A stretch of DNA of 64,000 nt from Phoronis australis (GCA_002633005.1 NMRA01000348.1:1-64000), one strand, 5' to 3'; positions 12,860 to 27,159 are shown, counted from the stretch's first letter. Notes: generated by a model not told the origin, from the sequence alone. Made by a program: numbers and translations.

Positions 12860-14130
12860 CTGTTACGAAATCTTTAGCTGTCCTAATAAATAAGAAAAGT
12901 AAAAATCATCTGGTCCCCGACCACTTTTCAATTGAGTTTTAAACGTTTTTTTTGCAAGACATTTTCTCCCTTCTGATTCGTTCATTTAACAATGGCATTG
13001 TTGAAGACGCTTTACCTCTTAATCAAAACCACGGTGGGGTGTGAGTTCACACATACATGTACCAAACGGTAACAGATGCCGAGAATGTATCGCCAAATTT
13101 TTAACTCCTTAACAGCAGCTATAAGATTTGATCTGGTTGCCTTGCGCAGCGCCTAAAACAGAAAATTACCAAAGGGGTTTCTCAAGGCAGATATCTTGGG
13201 GACAATACATTTTGGATCTAATTCAAAATACATGTACATGTACCTAAGACTACTAGTGATGATAGATTTTGAAAAGGCGTTTGACTTTGTGTCATGCAAA
13301 TTTATATACAACATGTTTGTTTTTTTAAATTTTAGAAATGAATTCATAAGACATGTTTTTCTCATTACACGGGATTTCATCTCTCCATGATCTAGCACAA
13401 TCGTACCCCTGATTACTTGGGAATTGGTCTTGGGAGACCCAATTTTGCCATATTTGTTTGTCGTGTGTGCGGAAGTTATGGGTATCACGCTTCGCCAAAA
13501 CTGAACTAGGGAATGGAGTAAATATAGGCACCAGATCTCATAGAATTATGCAATATGCCGATGATCCGTAGTTACATTCGATGATTCTAGTTAATCTTTG
13601 AAAAGTACCCGTGATCTACTTAATCAGTTCTATATTTTTTGACTTTCAGCCAAACTAGAGAAAACAGAATGGATGTGGATCAAAGCTATGCAGTTTACAG
13701 AGACAGGCGATTGTGTCCCAGTACAGTCGTACCCCTGATTACTTGGGAATTGGTCTTGGATGCCGACAGAGAGATCCAATTTAACCATACATGTACACTG
13801 TACATGTATTTGTATATCGTGTGGGCGGAGGTTATGGGTATCTCGTTTCGGCAAAACCATGGAGTGGAATAAATTTAGGCACCAGATCTCAAAAATTATG
13901 CAATATGCCGATGATACCTAATTATATTCGATGATTCTAGTGAATCTTTGAAAAGTACCCTTAATCTATTTAATCAGTTCCATAAATTTTCGGGCTTTAA
14001 ACCGACCTAGAGAAAATAGAATGCGTGTGGATCAGAGCTATGAAGTCTACAATGACAGGCGCTTGCTTGTCCCGAGAAGAATTTTATATTGAGAAGAGAA
14101 TCTTTTAAAATACTGAGAGTTACGATTAGT
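12860..14130 (+). mobile_element. Degenerate Tx1/L1-type RT fragment with an internal ~330-bp duplication
   Basis: DFEKAFDFVS, GDPxxPYLFVVCAEVMG and QYADD. 13400-13712 is repeated at 13725-14062. Confidence 0.82.
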
Positions 14131-14699
14131 TAACAATGCTATGTCGCATTAGATTGTGAATATGCAAATTAAGTACTACTTTACAAACAAGTCCGGGTCT
14201 TCCGGTATGCCGGAACTTGAACTATCCGAGAACCAGCTACCATTACAAACTCGCGAAAGTCTCGTTTTGTGAAACTATGTTCAAGTAAACGAGTATAGAA
14301 ATATGTTATCGTTATCCTAATGGAACAAGGCACAGTTTTTATTATTTGTTCATTTCACTATTAAATAACGATTTTGTAATATTTGGAATTACTAGGGTTT
14401 CCTATATATTCACACTTGTTTTAAATGTATCCGTTTTGGCGTTTTTTTCAAAACTGAAGCTTATTTACAAATTGTTTCTTTTCTTGATTATACTTGTACA
14501 CACAGTTCTCCAGGAAATCACAAGGTGGCGCTTACTACAAGATTAAATATTCACGGGTTTAATGAGAATCTTTAAGATCTCTCTCAGATGGTCTCACTGA
14601 ACTATAACAAAAATTTAAGGAAATTCAACATAGTACATATAATTCTTTGCACAACAGAATTCCCCCCCTCCAATCAAAGAAACTGTCATGAAATCGTTT

Positions 14700-14985
14700 A
14701 TGCTGTCTTAACTTATACATTAATTAGACTATTCAGTTCCTATGACAAACTGAAAAATTTACCTTAAAATCGACAGAAATTCTCGAAGGCCTCTATGTCG
14801 TCTCTGCCGTCTTCTGTAGTCTAGATGGCGCTGTGTGAAGTTCTACGTCATAAATGTGGTAAAGCTTGTAACCGCCTTCATACCGGTTCATTGTTCGCTC
14901 ATTCTTTCTGATACAGATGGATTCCATTATCCTTCTACGATCAGTGTTACTTTTATTTGGTAGAATTTTGGAGCTGTTCCAGATA
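14700..14985 (-). mobile_element. Penelope-like element 3' fragment (GIY-YIG C-terminus + pLTR remnant)
   Basis: WNSSKIL...RRRIMESICIRK...MNRYEGGYKLYHIYD, typical of the PLE endonuclease tail. Confidence 0.75.
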
Positions 14986-16139
14986 AAGTCCCAGAAGCAC
15001 ACGTTTGTAACACTTATTGAGTGGTTAGAAGACATTACAAGGACCCACGCAGTACCTATCACATAACCAGTACACAATCCGTAGTCGAAGAAAGTTTAAA
15101 TAAACACGTCACTCACGATTCCGACCCGAAGATCACACCGCCATTTTGAAATAACCGCGAACCCGGAAGTACAATTTATTCAGGAACCCAGCCTTAGTAT
15201 GCGCCGTCTGTGCGACTGGAGCAGTGTCTGTTACCAGCCTGCAAACGGGGATAAAATAATCGACAGCGGACCTTAACTTTCATGAAACCAAAAGTTTTGA
15301 CAAACATTATTTTGCCGGACTCGGACCTGCAGCCGATGACCCGGTGCAGACCGATCGAGACCACTCGCACTGACAAAAGACGATGTCTCGCACTGACAAA
15401 AGACGAAGTCATGCCGTCTCCGGCTGTTTTATCGGAATAAATGATTCCAATCATGAATGCCACATACACACAGATTTAGTTTCCGACAATTGTATAAAAT
15501 TACGGACAATTAAGAGTCCTGCGACAACGACTGAATAACAACGGGTGGACTATGGCTGGCTAGGCTAAGCGTGTTTTACTGGGTTCAACTAACTTTGGTA
15601 AAAAACACTTTTAACAGAACAACGAACATGGATCATCAAATTATTGAATAAAATTACTATACAGTTAGAATATCCTGACAGTTAAATTTGCATAAATATG
15701 GAAAGTAAATTTAGACTAGACTTAGCTGCGGCCAGGCGGCTGACTGCCAAGAAAATACCATTTGGTGGTGAAATAACTTCACGAGCGTGATCGACGAGTT
15801 TACTCACGATCGATATTCCTGCGAGATTTAGCCTCGAGATTTTGACGAAAAATCCTAGAGGTTTTACCATTGTCATAGCACTGAAACTAGTGCATGATTG
15901 TTCATTTTTAATTATTATTTCTCGTGCACCATGCTGAATTTGAGAAACACGCTCGCTGGAAGGGGGTACCTTAATAGCGACATCAAAGCTTTTTAATGAA
16001 CTCCAGGCAGGTGGCGATCAGAGTCACTGGTCCCTCGCGATTTTTTTAAAATGATTATTACGGAATCTTCAGAATACAATGAATACTACATTGCCCAGAA
16101 AGCGCCAAGAGGCATTAGATCTGTGTTAAAAATACAAAC

Positions 16140-18240
16140 AATTCAATTATAATTATCATACACGAATACATAAATTAAAAAACTGATGTTAAGATTACAA
16201 TGATATATGATTACGAATGTAAATATTTCATTTTCATACACATGTATACAATTCTATCCATTCACACAAAGAGATTTACTGTTATCGAGAAATTCTGATA
16301 CTATTTCGAATAAAACCTTATTTTCATTTGGGTTGAGTTCTTGACATCCATATAGAAAAAAAATTAAGTTTGGTGTACAATTGCGGAATTTCAGAATATT
16401 TTTGTAGACATTGGGATATTGTTCGAGTGTCTGGAAAAGCTGTACCCTCTGCTCCTTGCATACCACACAAGCAACGAAAACATGAGCATTTGTCTGGGTG
16501 TCTCCACAGGAACACAGGGGCGAAATATTATTAAATTTGTGTCTAAAACTCTCGTTGTTTAGGAATAGACCGCATCTTGACATGTATAGGGTTAATTCAT
16601 GGTTGCGGGCAAGTTGGAATGATGTCAATGGGACTGGCAAGTCTTGAGCAGTGGTATGTATTTTAAAGTTATTTCTGAGAGTGTCGATTGAAGTGATTTG
16701 TTTTATTTTGAATGGCAAGGAATTCCAGTTGTCAATACAAGTTAATAGTGCTGATCTCCTGAAGCCTTGGCTGATGGAAGATGGAATAGTGTGCATATTA
16801 CTTTGCCACAATCCTGGTCTCGTGTTTGGTCTTTTGTAGGAGTCAAAGAGGATTTTGTTAGAGTAATTGTTTACGTTGGTTAAGACTTTGAATGTACATG
16901 TATATATGGACAGGTGGGGTTTACGACGGGTTGCTAGTTTGCTCCAGTTGAGACTATTAAGAACCTTGGTTGTGTTAGACCCTTTGTATGCCCCTGTTAT
17001 GGCTAAAGTTGCTTGGTATTGTAGTCTTTCTAACTGAAGAAGAAGAAGTATGCCAGCTTTTCTCGATTAGTAGATTATGTCACAGTAGTGTAGATGTGGA
17101 AGTACAAACGACTTGAGCAGAGTTTCAAGATGCGTGGAGTTGAGATGACGAGAGATAATACTAATTGGATTAATTAATTTCTGTACTTTATGAACGAGTT
17201 CGCGACAATGAGGAGTAAATGTAAGCTTATGGTCTGGTAGCAAGCCAAGATGTTTGTGCGTGAACTTATTGGGAATAACTTCACCCTTGAGTGATAATTC
17301 CAGTGTTGGATTTGTTTGGAAGTGAGTATCATTAGACTTAGAAAAAATAAGATCAACACTTTTTCAGGTTTAAATTTCATCTTCCATTTGTAAGACCAGT
17401 CATAGTGTTTGTTAAGGTCAGTTTGCAAATGTAAGGAGTCATGGGGATGCTCTTTTGAGAATGGGTGGAAAATTGCAGTGTCATCATCATTTAAGAATGT
17501 TTTAGAGTTTATTGTGTCTGAAAGAACATTGGTGTACAGTAAAAAGAGTAAGGGGCCTATTACCCTACCTTGTGGTACTCCAGCATTTACGAAATCTGGC
17601 GTTAATGAAGGTGATAAGACAACCTCATTTCGGATTTTGTAAGTTAGATATTCCAGGTATGATTGTAAAAGTAAGAGGGGAGTGCCTGAGAAACTGTAAG
17701 ATTGTAATTTATGTAGAAGCAGGTCGTGGTGAACCACATCAAAAGCAATGTCTAAAAATACAGATCTCACGTTTTACCCTTGCTCAAACTGGAGGTGGAT
17801 GTCGGGTACAACTTCTGTAAGTTAGGACACAGTGCTGTTACCAGGCATGAATCAAAATTGGCAACGGTATATGAACTTTTGTGAAGAGAGGTGGTCAAAC
17901 ATGTGTTGAGAAATGATTTTTTTAAATTTTGGATAAGGTGTTAAGTAGAGTTATGGGGCGATAGTTGGCAATGTCTGTTCTGGAGTTCTTTTTGTGTATT
18001 GGTATCATAACGCCAAGCTTCCAGTTTGAAGGTAATTTTCCAGATTGTAGTATTTGTTTACATAATGTCAGAGGAACTGTAAGGTTTCTTGTTATTACAT
18101 GTATCTTGATCATTTTATTGGTTATGAGATTTTGTGTGAAAATTACTACGTATAACTTTGGTTGTACCAATACTTGTTTCCTCAGTTTAAAGTTACAAGG
18201 TTGCATAATACCAACAATATATTTAGCAAATTAACAGCTT
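16140..18240 (-). mobile_element. CR1/L2-group non-LTR retrotransposon, 3' half (RT + C-terminal CCHC), degenerate
   Basis: NYRPITLLNTLSKI, VFLDI-AFDVV, GVPQGRVIGPLLFLLY, KHLG, LPHLHYCDIIY, LCSCGDTQTNAHVFVAC. Same family as 5461-7560. Confidence 0.9.
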
Positions 18241-19938
18241 TCTGACTTTTCATCTTGAACGTTTATATCAAACCATATTTGGAAATGTTACTGAAGTTGT
18301 TCTTATGCTATGCATTTACTATTATATTTTGCTAAATATTTTGACCCAAGTGATTGTATTTTTCTATTAATTCAATATTCAAATTCATTTTCACCTGTTT
18401 CGATTGTACATATACGGCTAAATGTAGGCTTGTCAATGACATCCCACGTAACCATAACTTGTTCGATTTCAAGTACACTGATATTTAATACTATTTAATT
18501 TTTTAGAAAAGAAAATAAGAGGACAGCTGAAAAAATGAAATGTGGATTCTGCACTTCAATAAGTATCAAGTGCTAATAATACCATCATCATCGTTATGTT
18601 CACATTCAATCAACGTTTAGTACAGACGATTTACATTTCATATAGACTTACATCTCTTCATTTGATTGCAAAACTTGTGAAAAATATACGAACAATTCTC
18701 AAGAGACAGTTAGAATCTTAAAATTAATTCTAAGGTTACTTATTGCGGGCACAATTAAAAAGTCAGGTACTTGTTTTCAATTTTTTCCATGTCACAACTT
18801 GAACAAAGTCTATCTTCTCTCAGCGTTCCAAAACGTTGTCCCAGCTCTATCACCAGTGAATGATTTGAACACCAAAAATGTGCCAGTATAGACCTTAAAT
18901 AATTTTTTTAATGTCTAATATTTTCCATTTTGAGATTTAATTTGAACAGTTTGTATGTATCTAATTTACTGTTGCAGATAGAGACAACTTCTAGGTACAT
19001 TTGATTTTTGTATATCTATACAATGCTGTCGAAATTCTTTTGAAAAACGCAGTCATGTTTTGTAATGTGGTCCAGTGGCCTTATCACCCGAAATAAACTG
19101 ATTGACGCATCCGCTTCCAATTGTCTTTTGTTGAGCACACATTTATATAGGTATGCAAATTTCTCCACATGAAAAGCAAAAGTTCACTAGATAAGAAAGA
19201 GGAAACAAAAGTAACAAACTGTCAATAAAAATTTTAGGTGTTAATAAAATGACGAGACGATGAGTATGTACAATAGTCGTGCTGCGGCCAAATCGATGGC
19301 ACTTAGAAGTGACCTGCTGTTCGCCAACAATTTAAATGCATTTTGTGAAGATGTTCAAAAAATCATGTTCATTACATTACCACAACATTTTACCTTCAAT
19401 GTACATTGTAATCATGACCAGATAAAAATTAATAGGCAAAATAAGAACAGATTAAGGGTACGTAAACTTCATTGATCAAATAAAACTAACAACAATAACG
19501 TTTACCACACCAAGTGCAGATTGATAAAATGACATGTAGACAAGTGTACGCATACACGAAAATCCTGTTTACTGACAATGAACATGTCTCTAATGCACCC
19601 GCTAGTTCTAATCCGAACCCAGTCTCTACCAGCAGTTTTCTCTATTGCTGTGACGATGCAATACGTCTTATGCCTGTCCACAGTCGGACTTAACTCTCAT
19701 CATGTGCCATCTTGTGACGGAACTGTGCCACAACGATGGGAGAATGATTGTTTACCGCCGATCATGCAATTAGTGACAGTCTACACAAATCATTCCAATT
19801 TTTAACAATGTAGCATACAATAAATGTGCACAGTTTCAGAAAATTGGGAAAACATCCGTTTTAGTTTCGTTAAAAGAGGAACGACCCCGTAGTATCATAA
19901 CTTCAAAAATCAGATTCATGCCGAAATAGGTTTTTTAC

Positions 19939-20429
19939 TTATGGTTGCACCTCAATGCTTTGAACGTTTCCTGTAATCATCTTTTTTATGGACAGACGCA
20001 GCGTGCGATTAGTGCTCGCGTAAACAATAGGATTGAGAGCGGCTTTCAGAAACAAAAATTGCACCACGAGAAAGTTAATGTGCTGCCGCCAAGCGGGTGG
20101 TTTCTTGTCAGCAAAATACTTTGTGATGGTCATCGGTAGGATACAGAGTGTAAAAACACCGAGGATCTTGAAACTCGTGACGGCAATCTTTTGTTCAGCT
20201 TTGAGCTGCATGATAATCTCGCTTGGCAAGAAAGACGCGTTAGCAATCTTCTTTCTTTGTTTGTGGGCCACAACAAAGATTGGAATGTAAAGCAAATAGC
20301 AAAGAATAAGAGTTGCTATGGGAACCCCAGTCATTGTAACCGCAAGCATTGTAGGATTCCAAATGGCGTCGATGACGCAGACAACATCCGGTCTGTAGTT
20401 CTCGAAGAACGTGTTTACAATCATCATCC
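19939..20429 (-). CDS. Class A GPCR copy B, exon 4 (ECL2, TM5-TM7, C-tail, stop)
   Basis: Acceptor tttctattgtag|GG ATG. Contains the ECL2 Cys, TM5 P...LYIPIFVVAHKQ, E6.30, TM6 LGVFTLCILP, TM7 LNPIVY and helix 8. Spliced CDS is 298+93+105+491=987 nt = 328 aa + stop. Confidence 0.93.
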
Positions 20430-20999
20430 CTACAATAGAAATATAGATGGGATTAACGGTAGCTAGATATTGATAGAAAATTTATAAACAACAAATCAAA
20501 CGCCTGGACCCGATACTTTAAACGTGCTACGTTGGATACTACCTTTTTGTATAAATTTCCATGAAATTGATTTCAGAAACTTAACCTAACGCTCCAACAA
20601 CAATATATTACAAAAAGAAATTAGCATACATGTATGGTGCTCCAGCATACCCGTCTACTGACTACGTGACACGTATCATGAAGGCCGCCGGACACCCAGC
20701 AACTGGTACGCTCTGAGGAGCGATTCCTAGCAAATTAGGCTTAAATTTGAAGACGACGTCGAAGACGACACAAAAGACGATAACATCGCCCATACTACGC
20801 CGAGGAGAAGCTCGAAGCTCACGATACAGACAGCGACACAGTCGATCCAGCCAGCAAGACCTTCGTTTCAAGATACATGTACAGTAAGTGTCTTGTATTC
20901 TGCATTCGAAGGTATTGCAGTTTATGGATATGCTCACACTTTTAAATGTGAACCTAAAGTTAAAAGACCAGTATATGTGAGCAACAAATTCAAATAAAA

Positions 21000-21085
21000 A
21001 GTCAAGATTTCGAGTAAAAATACCTAGATTTCGACAAAAACTCAAAGATTTCGAGTAAAAATCGAGATTTTAAGTTCAGACTCGA
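21000..21085. repeat. Short tandem repeat (~20-bp AGATTTCGAGTAAAAA units)
   Basis: 4-5 degenerate units. Confidence 0.6.
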
Positions 21086-23079
21086 ACGTGTAGCTTTGAT
21101 GGTGGAACTTCTGTCGCTCCCCGTCACAACATGATTTACACTACATGTATATATTGAAGGTTATGTAGGACGTTCTTGGACAAATAGATATAGAACTGAA
21201 GATTTTAACTCGGTAAACCAACACTTTTTTCTGAAAGTAAAACGCCTGTAGAATTCACTTTCCTACTCTTAATCTTTATCTTAATTGGGTCACATAACCA
21301 CGTTTTACTAAAATTTCGTAACAATAGAGGTACAATAAATATATGTACAGTAGGAATAGTTGACCAATAAAGCTATATATTTTATAATCCTTAATGATCA
21401 TAGAATCTATGACTTAAACGTACTACTTCTCAGGTGACCATAATTTTGCCACTGGGTTTTTTAATATCTAGAATTTTCATGAACATCGCTGATTTTTTCC
21501 ACAAAAGCCATTTTTCGCATGAAACTTATGCGCCGAGAATTCGCGGTCGCAAATGAAGAGGCCAACATTCAAAATCGGAAGTATTCGTTGATATCTGAGA
21601 GCCAATCACTCAGGCTCAAAGGGTTTAAAAAATTCCAGTCATTCTTTTGCAGGCAATACGAACAGAGAAAATCGATTTGCAAATTTCATGCCGAAAATTC
21701 TGCTTTTAAAAAACTTGGCGACCTTCAGGAAAAAATGGCCTTCTTTAGAAAAACGCAGTCAAACATTGCAATAATTTATACCTAGCCATTGAATTTGTGC
21801 ACATATAAAGATTCTGGGGCTATCAAGGAATTTAGAGCATATGGTTTTATGCTTCAAAAGATATTCAAGAAATTTCAACCTTGCTAACAAGGGGTTCCTA
21901 TTACAAAAACCGGCCGCTAGGGGCAGCACAAACTTGCTTGCCGACCTACATGTACATCAGGTGTGAGGGGGATGTACACTTCTCCGGATATCTTGGAACG
22001 TTTCAGGAATAAAATACTGAAAGAGGCGAAAATTGTCATCGCTGTTTTCATTTTCCACCAAAAACAAACTTTCTACGATGCTCTCGGAAAAACCGATGAG
22101 GACTAAGTGAATTTATCGCAGAAAACTGTAAGAAATCGCAAAACCTTTAGCTGTTTTTATATCTAATGAAAAATGTTTTATAATGCTCAAAATGTGGATC
22201 GTCCGACTTTGTCGCAAAAACACTGAGTCTCAAATCTGAGGCAAGGTTGTCTTATGTATAACTTGTTCTTCGTAGCTTTAGATTGACGGGGAAACGCCCG
22301 AGCATGCACATATCAGTTCAAAACACAACCGAACTTTTCAAATGCAATTTCAAACTATGAAAGCACCTACTTCAAGTGTCTATAAGGAACAGACGCACAG
22401 TTCACAGTTCTGAAGGTAGTACCCCGTTTTTTTAGTCCTCCCATTTTTGTTAGCAAAAGGTCCACTTTGTCAGAAATTCGAGCCGCCATATTAAAGGCCG
22501 GGTGCGCGCATGAACACCGCAGGTGTCGATTCTCAGCTCGGTGGATCAAAATCCCCAAAGGCAATTTCAAATTTTAGTTGCTCAACTCGCTCCAATAAAG
22601 TTTCAAGATTTTTCTCCACACGATACGATGGTGAGACAAGGATCGCAATAGCCAATGTGTGACCAAATACAAGATCATGCAAACTAATAAAGCCAGCATC
22701 GTGAAAATCTCATTTAGACATGCTTCGTTCTAATATAGTAATACAATGTGATACCTATATTTGAAATCAGATAGGCCTACTGTCCTTTTTTGTCGTTTAG
22801 CATTCATAGAAATATATCAAAAGTGGCATGTTGATTAGATGTATACCCGTATAATGCTCAACAGTTGTAACTTATATAAAAATCTGTCGGGTGCCGGTTT
22901 CACCAACTCTAGGGTTTTCTACTTGCACACTCTTATGGCGCTGCAAAAATAATTGTTAATTGGTAACAACGCCTCGTTTTATAAGCATCAATTGATAACG
23001 CCAACGTGAAAGTGCACGTGTTCCAAACGTGCAGAATCATTGTAGTTTGGACCCAACACCTTAATTCAGTTGTTTGAAA

Positions 23080-23707
23080 GGATAAATATAGATTATTTCA
23101 TGGCGAAGTCTTTATCCCCCGTTATCTATAGGCCCTTTCATATTGACTTAACTCCGGTCTGAGCGAAGCGTCGACGTAAACAGCGCAGTTAACTGGACCG
23201 TTCATATTGGCTTCGGTAGTTAATGACCATCAAAGTTTTAACTTAAAACTGTTGGTGACGCTGACGTCATCGAACTTATCGCAAGGTAGCGCTGCACGCT
23301 AAGATTTTTTTCAAAGTGACAATTTGGGAACATTTAAATGTGCTAAATGACATTAATCTCATTTTTAAATGGATTGGTTATCATTAGGGAAAAAAAGTAG
23401 TTATTAGTGACGGCACTACTCTGTAACAGTTGACGATAACAGTGGCACCTGGCGATAACTTCGATTGGACCGGAGTTAAGCGTTCATAATGCACCGCAGC
23501 GTCGACGCTGCGGTCTTAAATCCACCTTTTAACTGCGATGTAAACTGGAGCTGTTAACTGCGATCCAGGACCGGAGTTAAGGGTTCATACTGACCGCAAT
23601 TCCTCAAACCATCGACGCGTCGACGTTAGTATGAAAGGCCCTCATAGCCCTAGATAGCTCTAGATTAGGGGATAACGACTGAGAACATGTAATAATCTAT
23701 TTATACC
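23080..23707. mobile_element. Palindromic ~150-bp MITE split by a nested element
   Basis: Arms atagattatttcatggcgaagtc and gactgagaacatgtaataatctat match the intact copy at 52577-52724 in inverted orientation. Confidence 0.7.
23131..23640. mobile_element. MITE with GGCC termini (PIF/Harbinger-like)
   Basis: TIRs GGCCCTTTCATATTGAC / GTTAGTATGAAAGGCC, with internal repeats of accggagttaa and gcgtcgacg. Confidence 0.65.
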
Positions 23708-24137
23708 ACATACTGAACGAGAAACATTGCAATGAATAGATCTACCTTTCTCGACTCGCCTCGGCTTTGTAACTACTTTCTATGTCAGAGGCCCGGGGTA
23801 GGAGGTTTAGCAACTATTATAGCTTACTACACATTTTATCACGCTAAACTTCAAACGGGAAAATATCGTCTGCTAAAGTAGGTTACCACTAGTGACTGAC
23901 AATAATGCTCAAGTCAAAGGATCCCGACGACACGATACCCGCAATCAAATTGGAGATCGGTGATTGACAAATGAGAGAACACGAGAGATAAATTTCACTG
24001 AATTAGAATATCGTTTTTATGGAAATTTTGCGTCTTATTTTTCATAGCGTATAAATGTCGGTGGAATGCCCTTTGCTGAACATGCGATTGTTGCGCGTGC
24101 TCATTTAAGTATTCTATTTTCACGTTCGATGACGTCA

Positions 24138-24212
24138 GCCGCTGAGTGGTGTAGTGGTAAAGTTGGCGACTGGGAAATCTTGAGGCTCGGCTTCGAAACC
24201 GGCCTTGATTTC
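24138..24212 (+). repeat. tRNA-derived pseudogene or SINE head
   Basis: A-box TGGTGTAGTGGT and B-box-like GCTTCGAAACC; stems poorly paired. Confidence 0.45.
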
Positions 24213-24484
24213 CCTCCAAAATGTTATCTCACTAGTGAGATAACTTTATGGGTTATTACACGGTTGTATCTGCCATTAGAGGCTAATATTGTGGTATAAA
24301 AGTAAAATAACAAAATGCTCTGTGACTGATTGTTTCCAGTTGTTCCGTGTATAGAGCCTCGAAAACGGAACCGTAGAAGAATCAGGAAATCAAAACATCC
24401 ATTCAAACCCATTGCTGGTGCTAGAACAGTGTAGTTAGTCGACAGCACGGCAGTAGGCGACCAGCTACGAGTACCAACGATCAA

Positions 24485-25636
24485 TTTTTTATGTGCCCAC
24501 ATATTTATATGTGGACGCATTATGCCGTCATCTCCGTCCGTCCGCCCGTCCGGCGTCCGGCGTCCGGCGGCCACTGCTCTATCTTCAAAACCCTTTGACA
24601 TACGTTCATGAAATTTGGCAAATATGTTTCATTTACAAATGGGACGGCATGAGCGAACTTTCGGACGGATCCGACTACCGGTGTGCCCCCTAATGGCAAT
24701 TTTAGTTTTTTGCTCTTACCTTCGTATCTTCAAAAGTCCTGAACGGATTTTCATGAAATTGGGTATGTAGGCACTTATTAGTGAGTTGACGCTATCCTCC
24801 CGTTTTCAGATGGATTTGACTTAGTTTGTGCCACCTTGTGGCCATTTTTACTGTATTAGAGTCTGTTTTTTTTGCGTCCACCCCTCTATAAACCAAACCG
24901 CTCAAAGGATGATTGTAAAAATTGGCATGTATGTGCTTACTATAAAGAGGACGGTTGACGATGATTTTCCGACGATTTCGACAACTGTAGCGCCTCCTAG
25001 TGGCAGATTTGTTTTTGCTGCGCCTATGGCTGTATCTCCTAAACCGTTCGCAGGATCTTTACTTAATTTAGAAAGTGTATTTATATGATGTTGACTACAG
25101 ATGACGACGTCTTTCGGGCAGATCTGACTACGGGTGTGCCCCCTAGTGGCAATTATAGTGTTTTACGTTTAACTCAGTATCTTCAAAGGACCTCAACAGA
25201 TTTTCATAAAATTTTAAATGTAGGCATCTGTTGGTGTGATGACGCTATCTTCCTGTTTTTGGATGAAAGCAAGGTATTTTGCACCACCTAGTGGCCATTT
25301 TTTACTGTTTTCAAATCTTGTTTTTGGTGTCCACCCATGTATCAACCAAATCATTTGAAAATTGGCATATATGTTCTCAGTGTGAAGACGAACTTTGATG
25401 ATGGTGACTGACTACTGTGCTCACTAGTGCCAATTTCATTTTACTCTGTTTTCCTTTGTTTCTCTGAAGTTCCTTGACAGATTTTTATGAAATATGGCAC
25501 GTTCCTGTTTTTGGATGGATTGTATGTTTTTGCGCCATCTAGTGGCCATTTTTATGATACAAATAAATAACCCTAAAAGCACACCATTTGCAATGCATTC
25601 GTGGGCGCATTTAAACGCTCCGCGTTGCTCTTCTTT
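24485..25636 (+). mobile_element. Helentron-associated non-autonomous element (HINE/DINE-1-like), copy 1
   Basis: T-run, subTIR ATGTGCCCAC with nearby inverted copy, (CGTC)n microsatellite, ~120-bp tandem cores with GCCCCCTAGTGGC, 3' subTIR GTGGGCGCAT plus hairpin AACGCTCCGCGTT. Confidence 0.8.
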
Positions 25637-27159
25637 CGATTTTCGGCGATGTAGTAACAGTGATTTTTCGGTTTAATTCACTTCCGGCTAAAATGGCCAG
25701 TTTTTAATTTCGTGTACCAACGCATAACGTTATTTTGACTGTGAAGCAAACTTATCGGAGCTTCAGGGAGTATGCACTGGGCACTTGGACACGCTATTAA
25801 AATTGATCTGAGTAGGCCTTTCCAGGTGTGGATAGTCAAACATGGCAATTAGCTTTGATCAGTTAGTGGAGCTTTTGGATAGACAATCAAATCAGCTGAT
25901 CTACATGTATATTGAAGCTATCTCCCACAAAACTTGGTCGAGCTCTATGGTCACATTTTATGAGGAATTCAAATGAGGGCTTTGTTTTTGTCCACACAAG
26001 TGGCGAAAAATGAAATCGAACGCCTTAATTCTTCAGTCAACTCTTATCTTAACGCTGTCTGATTAAAGTGCAGTAAAGAGCAATCGAGCGGGAGGAGTTG
26101 TGGTTTTTATGGACGTCCAGAGTTGGATGTCTGCCAACTCTGGACCGTCCGTCACGACAATATCGTGTTATGGGTCAAACTTTTCACTTTCGGCTATGTA
26201 CAGTATGAACGGTGAAATTTTCGATTTGTCGGTTCAATTCACCTCCGGCTAAAGAGGCGAGTAATTTGTTCCGCGTACAGCAAAAAGTTTCTAGATTGAG
26301 AGGCTAAAATTCAATACTACTACACATTGCTGATAGTTTTGTTAATAAACGCTAATTTATCAGAGTCAGAATTTCCTACTTAACTTTCAAATGTTAGAAA
26401 GGTGTACGACTTTTGTCAGCCCGCCCCGGACGGTGTCAAAGGGACGACCAATGAGGCGCTTCGATGGGACAATCGTGGGAGGAGCAGCGCTGAAAAAAGT
26501 GGGGGCTATAGCCCCCCACCCAGCCCCCTATGGTGCGCCGCCCATGACAATGCACTCGCGAATAAAGCTAGCGTGATGATGGACAATGCTTGCAGTGCAT
26601 GTCGATATCTTGCGAAGATGTTAATTACGTCATCGCACATTTCTCTTAAGAAGTTTGCTTCAACGCAGTCATGCTCTAGCAAGAACGTCTCCCTAGAGCG
26701 GAAAACCACCATGGCAGAGTCGGTGCCAATGTTTCAACTGAGTTGTTATTAACAGCACGTACTTGCGAGGAAACTGTGAAAAAACTATTGACACGCAGGA
26801 TTTAGGGGTTCAGGATCATTAGAATAGTCTACTTCACAATAACTAATTGGCCAAACGAAATTCGCCAAGTATGTTACTGTATCATGTAGTGAGTGCACTC
26901 GCTTACTTCCTTACTTTTGACCGCACGAGACAGGCTTCACTTCTCAGGTCGACATAAAATTTTCACACAACACGTGTTTTTGAGGCGTCAGTCCAGTTTT
27001 CGTGGCAGGATTCTAGAACTGTATGCATTCTAGATCTTTCCCGACATGCCCGCAACCAAAATACGTGGAATTTACCCTTATCATGTAACTCAACAAGAGC
27101 TTAAGTGGAGCTTTTTATTTTTAAGTGAAATCGGACGCAAGACGGCGCTGTAACGCCTA

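Larger units (their letters stand above)
1..14982 (+). repeat. Segmental duplication unit A (GPCR 5' half plus upstream DNA)
   Basis: Collinear blocks: 1-2712~30753-33003, 3123-3417~40541-41388, 4088-4625~49190-49725, 9075-9892~50054-50862, 9892-11510~57862-58523, 11511-14982~59982-63201. Confidence 0.92.

Noticed and set aside
14760-14835. Hammerhead ribozyme in the Penelope pLTR (also ~62985-63050)
   Set aside because: The CUGAnGA and GAAA cores are not intact.
20020-20060. TM7 lysine suggesting an opsin
   Set aside because: The Lys is 4 residues before the N of NPxxY (7.45). The retinal-binding Lys of opsins is 6 residues before (7.43).
26402-26752. Overlapping short ORFs as a candidate GPCR exon or small gene
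   Set aside because: The GPCR model is complete without them, they have no motifs, and they overlap a small CATGGGCGGC-type MITE remnant.
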